Assembly (NCBI GenBank): GCA_038134525.1
Contig: JAYPVI010000013.1
Coordinates: forward strand, 40,577-64,576
DNA length: 24,000 bases
From: Crocinitomicaceae bacterium
GTDB taxonomy: Bacteria; Bacteroidota; Bacteroidia; Flavobacteriales_D; Parvicellaceae
Direction of reading: 5' to 3'
How positions within the stretch are numbered: the stretch's first letter is position 1; every line of letters begins with the position of its first letter. The translations under genes and the position numbers were made by a program. Shown here one piece after another: positions 1 to 9,478 of this stretch. The notes below the pieces were generated by a model that worked only from the letters and a program-made list of their open reading frames with translations, did no database searches and was not told where the DNA came from.

Positions 1-631
1 GGTCATTAAAGCTCGTACAAAAAACCAATTGAAAATGGTTAGTTCCATTCAGGAAAATGATTTGTTATTTGCAGTTGGTCCTGCGGGTTCTGGTAAAACT
101 TATACTGCAGTTGCCCTAGCTGTAAAAGCACTTAAGGAGCGAGTAGTCAAAAAAATTATTTTAACTAGACCAGCTGTAGAAGCAGGGGAAAATTTGGGTT
201 TCTTACCTGGAGATTTAAAAGAAAAGCTAGATCCTTATTTACAACCATTATATGATGCATTAAGAGATATGATTCCATCTGAAAAATTAACGGAATTTTT
301 GGAAAGTGGAGTAATCCAAATTGCTCCTTTAGGTTTTATGAGGGGAAGAACCTTAGATCAGGCATTTGTTATACTTGATGAGGGACAAAATACGACTCAA
401 AGTCAGATTAAAATGTTTCTCACTAGAATGGGAAGATCTGCCAAATTTATTGTTACAGGTGATGTTACCCAAGTTGATTTACCAAAAAACCAAGTAAGTG
501 GTTTAAAAATCGCACTGGAATTATTCAAAGACCATAAAGAAATTAGTATCGTAAATCTAGATGAACACGATGTGATAAGACATCAACTTGTAAAAACAAT
601 TATTAACGCCTTTAATAAAAAAATAAATTGA
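1..631 (+). CDS. phoH: PhoH-like ATPase (PhoH/YbeZ family), 5'-truncated by the window edge
   Basis: Frame 2 is open from base 2 ([13 protein letters not shown]...), so the gene starts upstream of the window. It has Walker A GPAGSGKT, Walker B-like FVILDEGQN, and the GDVTQVDLP motif typical of the PhoH C-terminal domain. Confidence 0.9.
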   Translation, partial: VIKARTKNQLKMVSSIQENDLLFAVGPAGSGKTYTAVALAVKALKERVVKKIILTRPAVEAGENLGFLPGDLKEKLDPYLQPLYDALRDMIPSEKLTEFLESGVIQIAPLGFMRGRTLDQAFVILDEGQNTTQSQIKMFLTRMGRSAKFIVTGDVTQVDLPKNQVSGLKIALELFKDHKEISIVNLDEHDVIRHQLVKTIINAFNKKIN

Positions 632-1572
632 ATACCATAACAAAAACCAATTTTAATTTTCCTGGACAAGTAGAAGTATATCATGGTAAAGTAAGAGACG
701 TCTATAACATAAATAATGATCTTTTAGTTATGGTCGTAACAGATAGAATCTCAGCATTTGACGTGGTTTTACCTAAAGGTATTCCTTTCAAAGGACAAGT
801 TTTAAATCAGTTAGCCGAGCGATTTTTATCTGCTACTGAAGATATTGTACCCAATTGGCGAATTTCTTCTCCTGATCCAAATGTAACTATTGGACACCAT
901 TGCATTCCATACAAAGTTGAAATGGTTATCAGAGGATACCTTACAGGTCATGCTTGGAGAACATATAAATCTGGAGCTCGTGTTTTATGTGGGGTTTGTT
1001 TGCCTGATGGCATGAAAGAACATCAAAAATTTGATGAACCGATAATAACACCATCTACGAAAGCTGCTGAAGGTCATGATGAAGATATTTCTAGAGAAGA
1101 AATAATAAATCAAGGCATAGTAAGTAAAGAAGAATATGAACAATTAGAAAAATATACTAGAGCTGTATACCAAAGAGGTACTGAACTTGCTGCGGAAAGG
1201 GGATTGATTTTAGTCGATACAAAATATGAATTTGGTAAAAAAGGAAATCAGATTTATTTAATTGATGAAATTCACACTCCAGACTCTAGTAGATATTTTT
1301 ATGCAGATGAATACAAGCATAGATTTGATCATGATCTACCTCAAAAGCAACTTAGTAAGGAATTCGTTAGAGAATGGTTGATGGAGAATGGTTTTCAAGG
1401 AAAGGAAAATCAACATATTCCCGAAATGACTGCTGAATTTGTAAATTCTATTACTGAAAGATATGTGGAATTATTCGAAAAAGTGAGTGGACAAGCATTT
1501 CTCAAAGACGAACACCAAAATCCCTTAGAAAGAATTAGGGAAAACGTGATTAATATTCTTACAGAAATGTGA
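628..1572 (+). CDS. purC: Phosphoribosylaminoimidazole-succinocarboxamide (SAICAR) synthase, long form
   Basis: N-terminus [19 protein letters not shown] and [13 protein letters not shown] are classic PurC motifs, and [11 protein letters not shown] is also present. The length (314 aa) fits the long-form PurC. The TTG start overlaps the phoH stop (TTGA). Confidence 0.93.
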   Translation: MNTITKTNFNFPGQVEVYHGKVRDVYNINNDLLVMVVTDRISAFDVVLPKGIPFKGQVLNQLAERFLSATEDIVPNWRISSPDPNVTIGHHCIPYKVEMVIRGYLTGHAWRTYKSGARVLCGVCLPDGMKEHQKFDEPIITPSTKAAEGHDEDISREEIINQGIVSKEEYEQLEKYTRAVYQRGTELAAERGLILVDTKYEFGKKGNQIYLIDEIHTPDSSRYFYADEYKHRFDHDLPQKQLSKEFVREWLMENGFQGKENQHIPEMTAEFVNSITERYVELFEKVSGQAFLKDEHQNPLERIRENVINILTEM

Positions 1573-1574
1573 TT

Positions 1575-2789
1575 TTACAATTTTAGATTATGCCCCATCT
1601 TTTCTTTTTTAGTTGATAGGTATTTTTCATTGTGAATATTACATTCTACTTCAATTGGAACAGTATCTACAATCTCTAAACCATATCCAATTAGTCCTGT
1701 ACGTTTTTTAGGGTTGTTAGAGAGTAATCGCATTTTTCTAATACCTACTGATCTTAAAATTTGTGCTCCAACCCCATAATCTCTTGCATCCCCTTTAAAA
1801 CCTAATTTAAGGTTTGCTTCTAAGGTGTCGTAGCCTTCTTCCTGTAGTTTATACGCTTTTAGTTTATTGAGTAAACCTATACCTCTTCCTTCTTGATTCA
1901 TATAAATGATAACTCCTTTTCCTTCATCATTAATCATTTTCATTGATGAGTAGAGTTGATCTCCGCAATCGCATCTAAGTGATCCAATAATATCTCCCGT
2001 AAAGCAAGAGGAGTGAACCCTTACTAAGATTGGTTCATTTTTATTCCAACTCCCTTTGATTAAGGCTAAGTGCTCTTCATCGGTAGTAGTTTGCTTGAAT
2101 GCTTTTAATATAAAATCACCATACTTTGTGGGCATATCAACTTGAACTATCTCCTCAATTAATGTTTCATGCTTCATTCGATAAGAAATCAAATCTTCAA
2201 TGGTGATGATTTTTAAGTCAAACTTTTCTGCGATTTTTTTTAATTCAGGAAGTCTTGCCATAGAACCATCTTCATTCATGATTTCAACAATCAAACCAGC
2301 AGGCTCATAACCAGCTAATCTACTTAAATCTACTGCTGCTTCAGTGTGTCCGGCTCTCCTCAAAACTCCACCAGCCTTTGCTCTTAACGGGAAAATATGA
2401 CCTGGTTTTCCTAAATCTTTTGGTTTGGTTTCAGGATTAATCAGTGCTTGTACTGTTTTTGCTCTATCTGTAGCTGAAATACCCGTAGAACATCCTTCGC
2501 CAATTAGGTCAACTGATACCGTAAAAGGTGTGTCAAAATGGGAATTATTAGCATCTACCATTAGTTCTAGTCCAAGTTCATCACACCTTTCTTCAATTAA
2601 AGGAGTGCATATAAGCCCCCTTCCGTGAGTAGCCATGAAATTGATTAATTCAGGATTTGCATTTCTTGCAGCCGTCACAAAATCTCCTTCATTTTCTCTA
2701 TCTTCATCATCGACCACAATTACTAGTTTTCCTTTCTTGATATCTTCTAGTGCTTCTTCTACGGTATTCATTCCTAATTTTTTATGCAA
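1575..2789 (-). CDS. ribBA: Bifunctional 3,4-dihydroxy-2-butanone-4-phosphate synthase / GTP cyclohydrolase II
   Basis: The DHBP synthase motif [13 protein letters not shown] and HTEAAVDL lie in the N-terminal half. The GTP cyclohydrolase II zinc motif [20 protein letters not shown] and [11 protein letters not shown] lie in the C-terminal half. Length is 404 aa. Confidence 0.95.
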   Translation of the reverse strand: MHKKLGMNTVEEALEDIKKGKLVIVVDDEDRENEGDFVTAARNANPELINFMATHGRGLICTPLIEERCDELGLELMVDANNSHFDTPFTVSVDLIGEGCSTGISATDRAKTVQALINPETKPKDLGKPGHIFPLRAKAGGVLRRAGHTEAAVDLSRLAGYEPAGLIVEIMNEDGSMARLPELKKIAEKFDLKIITIEDLISYRMKHETLIEEIVQVDMPTKYGDFILKAFKQTTTDEEHLALIKGSWNKNEPILVRVHSSCFTGDIIGSLRCDCGDQLYSSMKMINDEGKGVIIYMNQEGRGIGLLNKLKAYKLQEEGYDTLEANLKLGFKGDARDYGVGAQILRSVGIRKMRLLSNNPKKRTGLIGYGLEIVDTVPIEVECNIHNEKYLSTKKEKMGHNLKL

Positions 2790-2806
2790 ATTTAAAATAT
2801 AATTTC

Positions 2807-3988
2807 CTACTCAATGTCTCCTTGTTTATTTTTAAGTAGTTGAACAAGCTGATCATTGAAATCATCCCAATTGTAATTCTTTTCTACAAATTTTCTTCCC
2901 TTACTCCCAATTTTTTGTCGCTTGGATTCATCATCAAGTAGAGATGTAATGATTTTCACATAATCAGTTAATGAATCCCCAATAAAAATATTTTCACCAT
3001 TTATCGCTTTTAATGACCTATTAGCAAGGCTAGAAGTAACACAAGGTATTCCCATGGACATCGCCTCTAATAGTTTGTTTTGAAGCCCTGTTCCAATCTG
3101 CATGGGAGCTAAGAAAACTTTACCACTACAATACGCCTCTCTAATGTCATCGCACCAACCTCTAATGGTAATGTGATTATTTTGCAGCTTTTTTACTTTG
3201 GATGAGGGATTACTGCCAGCTATTAATATTTTTAAATTAGATTTTGATTTAGTCAACTCAGGCGCCACATGCTTGGCTATGTAAGTTGCAGCATCTATAT
3301 TGGGTGCGTAACTTAAATTCCCTACAAAAACTAAATCATATTTTTTTTCTTTTTTCTTTGATTTAAAATAATAGGTGTCTATTCCATTTTGAATAACTTT
3401 AATCTGTTGATTCTTTTCATGAATGATTTCATTTCTATCCGAAGATGATATTATCGTGTGATGCTTAAAAAATTCAAAAGCTAAATTTTCAAAGTGTTGA
3501 AGTCGTTTAAATTCCATTTTTAAAATGGGTTTCATGATAAAATTTGAAATGGGAATCCTTCTTTCAATTCCTTTAGATAGGGCATCCATATAATCTAACG
3601 TAGTAGGAATGTGATGTTGATCTTTCATATAGAGAGCTGTTCTAATAAGCTGGCAGTATATATGATCAGGAGCAACCTTATTGATGATAGAATTAATTTT
3701 TTTTTGAAAGCTATTAGAGTAAAAGTAATTGACTTGAAAGGGCTTATTATTCAAACATGTTCGAAGCAGATTCAAACCTCTTTTCCAAATCGGTAAATAA
3801 AGTACTTTGATTGTTTTACAATAGGTTTCCACTTTTCTAAGGTCTTCATGGATGATTTTTTGATCTGAAATTGAAATTAAATGAACTTCAAATTGTTTAC
3901 TTAATTCCTTGATCTGATAATAGGCTCTTAGTTTATCCCCTTTATTTATGGGGTAAGGAAAACGAGATGTAAGGATAAGAAGCTTCAT
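2807..3988 (-). CDS. Glycosyltransferase, GT4 (GT-B fold) family
   Basis: The N-terminus [21 protein letters not shown] is typical of GT4 enzymes. The C-terminal region ([26 protein letters not shown]) carries the E-x7-E-like donor-binding region. ATGA start/stop overlap with the upstream GT. Confidence 0.8.
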   Translation of the reverse strand: MKLLILTSRFPYPINKGDKLRAYYQIKELSKQFEVHLISISDQKIIHEDLRKVETYCKTIKVLYLPIWKRGLNLLRTCLNNKPFQVNYFYSNSFQKKINSIINKVAPDHIYCQLIRTALYMKDQHHIPTTLDYMDALSKGIERRIPISNFIMKPILKMEFKRLQHFENLAFEFFKHHTIISSSDRNEIIHEKNQQIKVIQNGIDTYYFKSKKKEKKYDLVFVGNLSYAPNIDAATYIAKHVAPELTKSKSNLKILIAGSNPSSKVKKLQNNHITIRGWCDDIREAYCSGKVFLAPMQIGTGLQNKLLEAMSMGIPCVTSSLANRSLKAINGENIFIGDSLTDYVKIITSLLDDESKRQKIGSKGRKFVEKNYNWDDFNDQLVQLLKNKQGDIE

Positions 3989-5178
3989 ATTGAATGCTCA
4001 CAGAATTTGATCAGATTATTAACAATCTTCTTATTATCATATAGGTTGGAGACATGAATTCTTGCAGATTCTCCTAATTTTTTGGAATTATCAAAATCCG
4101 CTTCTAATGATTTAGCATGCAGAACAAATTCTTCTTCATAGTCGGCTATTTTTATGTTTCCATCGTGCTCAATTCCCTCTGCGCCAATTGTAGTAGAAAT
4201 AATTGGTTTTGCTAAAGCCATTCCTTCAATAATTTTCACTCTTATACCACCAGCTGATAAAAGGGGCACAAGCATAATATCCATACTATTTATAAAATCG
4301 ATGGCATTATTAACCTCTTGGTGATTAATTATGCCTTCGTAATTTTCGTTTAACAACCAACTAGGCATATTCTTTCCTGCTAAATGAAGTTCAGCATTGG
4401 GGATTTCTTTGAGTATTTTAGGCCAAACATTCTCTACAAGCCAGCTTACTCCTTCTAGATTTGGCTTCCAGTCCATAGCGCCTAGATGAAAAAATTTTAT
4501 TTTTCCTTGAGGTTTTTTATTTTCTGGAATATATTCATTAATATCTAATCCAAAGGGAATGCAAATTATGGGTTTTTGATAATCTAAATTTTTGTATTTT
4601 TTTTCATCTTCCAAACTTATACAAGCTATTCCATCTACATCGTTGATCACGTTGAGTTCATATTTTTTTAATTGATTAGAGAGCAGATTTAGGTAAATCT
4701 TTTTAGCTGGATTTTGAGTTTCATTAGCTAATCTCTTCCATATGATATGCTCTAAGTTATGAGATCTTAATACAATTTTAGCACTAGAATATGCCCTTAT
4801 GGTTTGAATGTATGGGGTTGTAAATAAACTTTCAAGTATAATAACATCAAATGATTCTGCTCTTAGTGTCTTTATTAAAAGTGCATTGAAATCAGGAGAG
4901 AAAAATCGTGAAACATTATACGAATCATAAGTAACTAGGTTTGAAAAGGCATCTACGATATTTAATTTAGTGTCCACAAAGACATGTTCGATCTTACTTT
5001 TCTCCAAAAAATAAGAAGGAAAGTTTTCCTTTTTAAAAGGGTGCTTTTGCGTACTAATAGTAATAATTTTAATTGTATCAAATTTTTCAATTAACCCCTG
5101 GCTAATATTCTTAATGGCAATACATCCCCCGTCAATATGAGGATATGGAGGCTTATGACATATTTGTAGAATTCTCAT
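3985..5178 (-). CDS. Glycosyltransferase, GT4 (GT-B fold) family
   Basis: N-terminus MRILQICHKPPYPHIDGGCIA and C-terminal MLVPLLSAGGIRVKIIEGMALAKPIISTTIGAEGI are typical of GT4. ATGA overlap with the upstream permease gene. Confidence 0.8.
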   Translation of the reverse strand: MRILQICHKPPYPHIDGGCIAIKNISQGLIEKFDTIKIITISTQKHPFKKENFPSYFLEKSKIEHVFVDTKLNIVDAFSNLVTYDSYNVSRFFSPDFNALLIKTLRAESFDVIILESLFTTPYIQTIRAYSSAKIVLRSHNLEHIIWKRLANETQNPAKKIYLNLLSNQLKKYELNVINDVDGIACISLEDEKKYKNLDYQKPIICIPFGLDINEYIPENKKPQGKIKFFHLGAMDWKPNLEGVSWLVENVWPKILKEIPNAELHLAGKNMPSWLLNENYEGIINHQEVNNAIDFINSMDIMLVPLLSAGGIRVKIIEGMALAKPIISTTIGAEGIEHDGNIKIADYEEEFVLHAKSLEADFDNSKKLGESARIHVSNLYDNKKIVNNLIKFCEHSI

Positions 5179-6650
5179 CTTTTAATCAGTTTTCTTACTT
5201 GCTTCGTATACCAATCCATTTCAAATATCCTAGCATCTTTATTGGCTTTGTAAAATATAAAGAGTGATACAGGTGTAATGCATATTGCACTTAACCACAT
5301 TCCTGTGTAAGGGCCTAGATTATAGTTTGAAGCCATTTCTTCACCGGCTCTAGTTAAAATAAAATAAACTAAGAAAATTAAAATGGCTGTTATAACGGGC
5401 CATCCCAATCCACCTTTTTTCACAATTGCACCCAATGGTCCACCTAAAAAGAATAGCATGAGTACAGCATAAGACAAAGTAAACTTTCTATTCCATTCTA
5501 TTTTCAAATCGCTTAAATAATCCTGGGAAGATTTTTCTTTTGATTTAGCAATGCGAATATGATTTCTTAGTTGATCTATTTTTTTGATGGCAACTTTATA
5601 ATCTTTTTTTTGTTTTTGTTTAGGTTGTTGGTAAAATGCTTGTGGAAAGTTCGAGTACTTGTTATTGGTAATTATTTGGTTATTTTGGATAGAATCATGT
5701 AATAAGCTCGAGTCTTTGAACAAGATTAATTCGTTTAAAATTAATGTGGAAATTTTATCGTAACGGTTTTTACGTTCTAGGTTAACAGAATCATTCAATT
5801 TGTAGAGTTGAGAAAGATTTAATAAGTACTGTTCCTTTTGATAAGACTTTTCACTTGATCGTTGAAATTCAAAAGCATTCATTTCAAAAGAAAGTGTAGT
5901 ATGTTTAAAATTATACTTCGTGAATGGGATGTTTGATTCTTTGAAAGATTCTGGATTCCATTCTTGAATCATATATCCGTCTTCTAGCTCTAGACTTAAC
6001 TTTGATTTATCCTCTGGATTAACAAGACTACCTGTTTTTGCCCTAATAACTCGTTTGTAATCTCTTGGATCATTTTTATAGGACCAAGCTCCAAGAGATT
6101 GTTTATTCATGTTACTACGGTCATAAATGAGTATGTCTTTAAATTGGTCACCTTTTTTGTTTTTACTGCCAATACGAATGGCAAAATCTTCAGATTTGAA
6201 AAATACTCTAGGTTGGAGGACTAGTGCAACCTTGGTATTTTGAATATCTCTTAAAAGGACTCTCATTTTAAAATTGGCTACAGGCCATAGGTTGTTGGTG
6301 AAATAAAACGCAAAAGCAGCAATAATCATAATTACAATGATCAAAGGTTTCATGATTTTAAATAAAGAAATACCAGCAGATTTAAGAGCAAGTAATTCGT
6401 TTTTTTCTCCTAGACTTCCAAACGCCATAATTGAGGCCAAGAGTACAGACAATGGTAGGGCTAAAGGTACCCAGTTTGCAGAAGCATATAAAAGAAGTTC
6501 TAAAATGATGTTCCATTCTAGTCCTTTGCCCATTAAATCATCAACATATAGCCAAAGAAACTGCATATCAAGTATGAGCATCCAAATAATAAAATTAAGT
6601 AGGAATGGGCCACTAAAAGAGGATATGATCATCCATCCAATTCTTTTCAT
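5175..6650 (-). CDS. LptF/LptG-family (YjgP/YjgQ) LPS export permease
   Basis: Three N-terminal and three C-terminal predicted TM helices flank a large soluble (periplasmic) middle domain. The N-terminus (SFSGPFLLNFIIWMLILDMQFLWLYVDDLMGKGL) matches the YjgP/YjgQ pattern. I cannot tell whether it is LptF or LptG. Confidence 0.78.
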   Translation of the reverse strand: MKRIGWMIISSFSGPFLLNFIIWMLILDMQFLWLYVDDLMGKGLEWNIILELLLYASANWVPLALPLSVLLASIMAFGSLGEKNELLALKSAGISLFKIMKPLIIVIMIIAAFAFYFTNNLWPVANFKMRVLLRDIQNTKVALVLQPRVFFKSEDFAIRIGSKNKKGDQFKDILIYDRSNMNKQSLGAWSYKNDPRDYKRVIRAKTGSLVNPEDKSKLSLELEDGYMIQEWNPESFKESNIPFTKYNFKHTTLSFEMNAFEFQRSSEKSYQKEQYLLNLSQLYKLNDSVNLERKNRYDKISTLILNELILFKDSSLLHDSIQNNQIITNNKYSNFPQAFYQQPKQKQKKDYKVAIKKIDQLRNHIRIAKSKEKSSQDYLSDLKIEWNRKFTLSYAVLMLFFLGGPLGAIVKKGGLGWPVITAILIFLVYFILTRAGEEMASNYNLGPYTGMWLSAICITPVSLFIFYKANKDARIFEMDWYTKQVRKLIKR

Positions 6651-6678
6651 TTTGAATAATTGAGTTAATGAAAAGTAA

Positions 6679-7059
6679 TTATCCCCCTATAGCTTTTTTT
6701 AGTTTGTCTACGTTGTTGTCCCACAAAAGTTGAATTTCATCTTCTTCACCTTCTTCAGCAAAATCAGTAACTAATAGAGCTACATCTTTTGTCAAGTCAT
6801 CTATTCTAATGGTCATTTCAAAGAAATAATCTTCATCTTCATCGTCTTCCCATTGGAACTTAACGGATTCACTTTTACGAACGGTTTTTAAAATGGCGGT
6901 TTCTTCACTGCCGTCCCAGAAAAACGTGTAACGATCATTTTTAATATTTACATCATCAGCAAACCACTCCGATAAACCACTTGGTGTACTTAGGCAGTTA
7001 AATAAGATGGTTGGGGATGTATTGATAATGTATTCTAAATCAATTCTGACTTTATCCAT
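6679..7059 (-). CDS. START-like / SRPBCC (AHSA1-like) small acidic protein
   Basis: 126 aa. The N-terminal pattern INTSPTILFNCLSTPSGLSEWFADDV resembles Bacteroidota START-like domain proteins, and the C-terminus is acidic. This is family-level recall only. Confidence 0.5.
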   Translation of the reverse strand: MDKVRIDLEYIINTSPTILFNCLSTPSGLSEWFADDVNIKNDRYTFFWDGSEETAILKTVRKSESVKFQWEDDEDEDYFFEMTIRIDDLTKDVALLVTDFAEEGEEDEIQLLWDNNVDKLKKAIGG

Positions 7060-7193
7060 GCTGTTTTACTTTTCTATCTTCTTCAGGGAGCAATATAGAA
7101 AAAATTAAATACAAACTTCCTAGAATAAAAAAAATGATAAAATAAAATTGAATAATCCCATAAAATGGATGAAGTTACTTATGTATATTTATT

Positions 7194-7201
7194 TATATTT
7201 G
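7194..7201 (+). promoter_or_regulatory. Candidate Bacteroidota -7 promoter box (TAnnTTTG) for the tRNA
   Basis: TATATTTG matches the TAnnTTTG consensus exactly and ends 10 nt before the mature tRNA 5' end. I could not see a clear -33 TTTG element upstream. Confidence 0.35.
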
Positions 7202-7211
7202 CGCCTCTTTT

Positions 7212-7285
7212 GGCGCGGTAGCTCAGACGGTTAGAGCGCAGGATTCATAACCCTGAGGTCGGGGGTTCGATTCCCCCCCGCGCCA
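7212..7285 (+). tRNA. tRNA with CAU anticodon (elongator tRNA-Met, or tRNA-Ile2 if C34 is lysidinylated)
   Basis: Hand-folded cloverleaf: acceptor GGCGCGG/CCGCGCC (7 bp, G1-C72, so not an initiator); D arm GCTC/GAGC; anticodon arm CAGGA-TTCATAA-CCCTG (A31.C39 mismatch); variable loop AGGTC; T arm GGGGG-TTCGATT-CCCCC; discriminator A. CCA is not encoded. Confidence 0.9.
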
Positions 7286-7367
7286 CTTTTACCTTCTTAT
7301 TACAAACCATTTCACGTAAAAAAATATCCCGTCTGTTCTAAAATTGGAATTCAGATTGTTTAAAAAA

Positions 7368-8723
7368 TTAGTCTTTTCCCTGAATTGCATACCAGTCGAT
7401 TTTTCTGGACAAATACATGATGATACCCAATACTACAAATAAACCAATACTGCCCATTAGTAGGGCATAATCTTGCATTTGAAGTATGGAGTAAATGAAT
7501 AAATAGAGTAGGGTGAGAATACCCCCAATTATTTTCGTTAGTCTGCTGTTTTTAGCTATGCTATATGAATATAGTGTAATCATGGTGATAATGCTTACAC
7601 TAGAATATAAATAACTTAAATCAAAAGAAATGTGTTCCGATAAAGCAATTAAAAGTGTGTAGAAAACACAAAGAGCTAAACCAACAATTATGTACTGGAT
7701 AGGATGGATTCTCACTTTATTCAGGATTTGAACAAAAAAGAAGATGAGGAAAGTAAGCGTAATAAACATGACTGCATATTTTGCAGAACGCATGCTTTTC
7801 TGGTATTCATCAACGGGTACAAATAAGTTTACACCAAAAGCAGATTGATTAATCCCCTTTGGGGAACCTAAAAATTGTTGAGGATAAGACCTGTTTTGGT
7901 GAAGTACATTCCAAGTGGCTGTAAAGCCATCATTATTGATTTCTCTATTGTCTGGTAAAAATGCGCCATCAAAACTTGGGTTTTTCCAGGAAGAGTTTAA
8001 GGTGATTTGAGTTGATTTTCCAAGAGGAACAAAGAAAAGGCTTGAACTGCCATTAATGTAAATGTCTAAACTGAAATTCAATTTGGTTTTCAGTGTATCC
8101 TTACTATTTAATGGAATTCTACCACTTAATCCATTATTTATCACGTCATTGGTTTGGATGCCAGGGTTTAAGTCATTAAGTTTATCATTCCAATTTAAAG
8201 AAATAGTCTCTTGAATTCCTTTTAAATCTGAAAGACCAAGTGAAACAAAAGTTTCATCCCAAATAATGTCTTCGTTTTTTATTTTCCAGTCCGTTAAATC
8301 CGGATAAGGTAGGGTCCCTTTAATTCTAAGAAATGAGTTGTATACAATGACTTCATATATTCCACGATATCTCATTTCTGGAGAAACATTACCTTCAATT
8401 GTCAATTTATCTGGAAGGAAATGGGCGTATTCCTTTGTCCTGACTAATTTGTAACTGTTGTATTTGTCATCATATACTTTGGAATTGACATAATAGGGTA
8501 CAGTTAATACTAATCCTGTTATTGTTTGTTCACCTCCCCACTTAGCACTAATTTCTTGGATTGCATCTTTTTGTCTGTACTCCCTTTCCCTAATTAAATC
8601 CTGGACCATAGTCACGGGGATTAATAAAAGTAGAATCAAGATTCCAATGGTGATTAATCTTATCGTAATTGAATTTTTAACCCAATTATTGGCTTTTTCA
8701 AAAAATGAAGGTTCCCTTTCCAT
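7368..8723 (-). CDS. creD: Cell envelope integrity inner-membrane protein CreD
   Basis: 451 aa. It has one N-terminal TM helix, then a large soluble domain, then a cluster of C-terminal TM helices. The N-terminal pattern VQDLIREREYRQKDAIQEISAKWGGEQTITGLVLTVPY is characteristic of the CreD family. Confidence 0.8.
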   Translation of the reverse strand: MEREPSFFEKANNWVKNSITIRLITIGILILLLLIPVTMVQDLIREREYRQKDAIQEISAKWGGEQTITGLVLTVPYYVNSKVYDDKYNSYKLVRTKEYAHFLPDKLTIEGNVSPEMRYRGIYEVIVYNSFLRIKGTLPYPDLTDWKIKNEDIIWDETFVSLGLSDLKGIQETISLNWNDKLNDLNPGIQTNDVINNGLSGRIPLNSKDTLKTKLNFSLDIYINGSSSLFFVPLGKSTQITLNSSWKNPSFDGAFLPDNREINNDGFTATWNVLHQNRSYPQQFLGSPKGINQSAFGVNLFVPVDEYQKSMRSAKYAVMFITLTFLIFFFVQILNKVRIHPIQYIIVGLALCVFYTLLIALSEHISFDLSYLYSSVSIITMITLYSYSIAKNSRLTKIIGGILTLLYLFIYSILQMQDYALLMGSIGLFVVLGIIMYLSRKIDWYAIQGKD

Positions 8724-8753
8724 TGGTTTTGTTTGAGTTTACGAATAAAATTA

Positions 8754-9404
8754 CTAATTATTACTCATTTCAGGATAGAATTGCTCAAAATCCATATGAT
8801 AAATGGCCCTGATATCTTCCTTTTGCTTTTTAGAAAGTTCAAATTCCTTCTTAATACCTTTATTCAAAAATTCCATCTTATAATTTGGAACTTTTAATGT
8901 ATTAACCAAATGATTGAAATCTGCTTCAAAGTTTTCAAATTTACCTATGAAGTCCATATTTTCTACATCTACTAAAGACAATTGGCATCTTAAATGTTCA
9001 TCACAATTTTTTATATCAAGTGTTTTAACCCAATTGATAAAATAATCTAAATCTTTCATTTTTTCATGCTCTTTTTCACTAAAATGAAAATAATTCTGAC
9101 TTAATACTTTGTCTTTCCAAGCACTTACAAAACGAGTTTCTGGATTTCTCACAAATGCGAACTTGAAATAATCTTTAAACATAGTAGGCGAGTAAGCCAT
9201 CTCAGATGCGTAGATGTAAGAACCATCACCACCTTGTTTTTTTAACATATTATCAATGGTTCTTGATGCTACCTTATACGTTCTAAACCACAATACTTTG
9301 TATTTATAATGATAAGAGATGAAATATCTTTTTCTATTAAATAATGATAAGACATACTTGTTGTAGAAGAAGTGTTTGAATTTTTGAGGATTAAATAAGC
9401 TCAT
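8754..9404 (-). CDS. Sulfotransferase family protein (Sulfotransfer_2-like)
   Basis: A PAPS 5'-phosphosulfate-binding-like loop (FRTYKVASRTIDN) and a 3'-phosphate-binding-like motif (FVRNPETRFVSAWKDK) resemble carbohydrate sulfotransferase family 2. There is no signal peptide or TM helix. Confidence 0.62.
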   Translation of the reverse strand: MSLFNPQKFKHFFYNKYVLSLFNRKRYFISYHYKYKVLWFRTYKVASRTIDNMLKKQGGDGSYIYASEMAYSPTMFKDYFKFAFVRNPETRFVSAWKDKVLSQNYFHFSEKEHEKMKDLDYFINWVKTLDIKNCDEHLRCQLSLVDVENMDFIGKFENFEADFNHLVNTLKVPNYKMEFLNKGIKKEFELSKKQKEDIRAIYHMDFEQFYPEMSNN

Positions 9405-9447
9405 AATCGACCAAATGTAATCAATACTTCATTCAAAAAATGAAATT

Positions 9448-9469
9448 AAAAGATTTGGTTAAATCTTTT
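9448..9469 (-). terminator. Weak candidate intrinsic terminator downstream of katG
   Basis: Perfect 9-bp inverted repeat AAAAGATTT / AAATCTTTT with a 4-nt loop, 10 nt past the katG stop. On the minus-strand transcript it is followed by AAUUUCAUUUUUUG. The stem is almost all A/U (one G-C pair), so stability is low. Confidence 0.3.
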
Positions 9470-9478
9470 TAAAATCAA

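Noticed and set aside
2790-2806. Expected FMN riboswitch or promoter upstream of ribBA.
   Set aside because: Only 17 bp separate ribBA from the preceding GT gene, which is far too short for an FMN aptamer (well over 100 nt).
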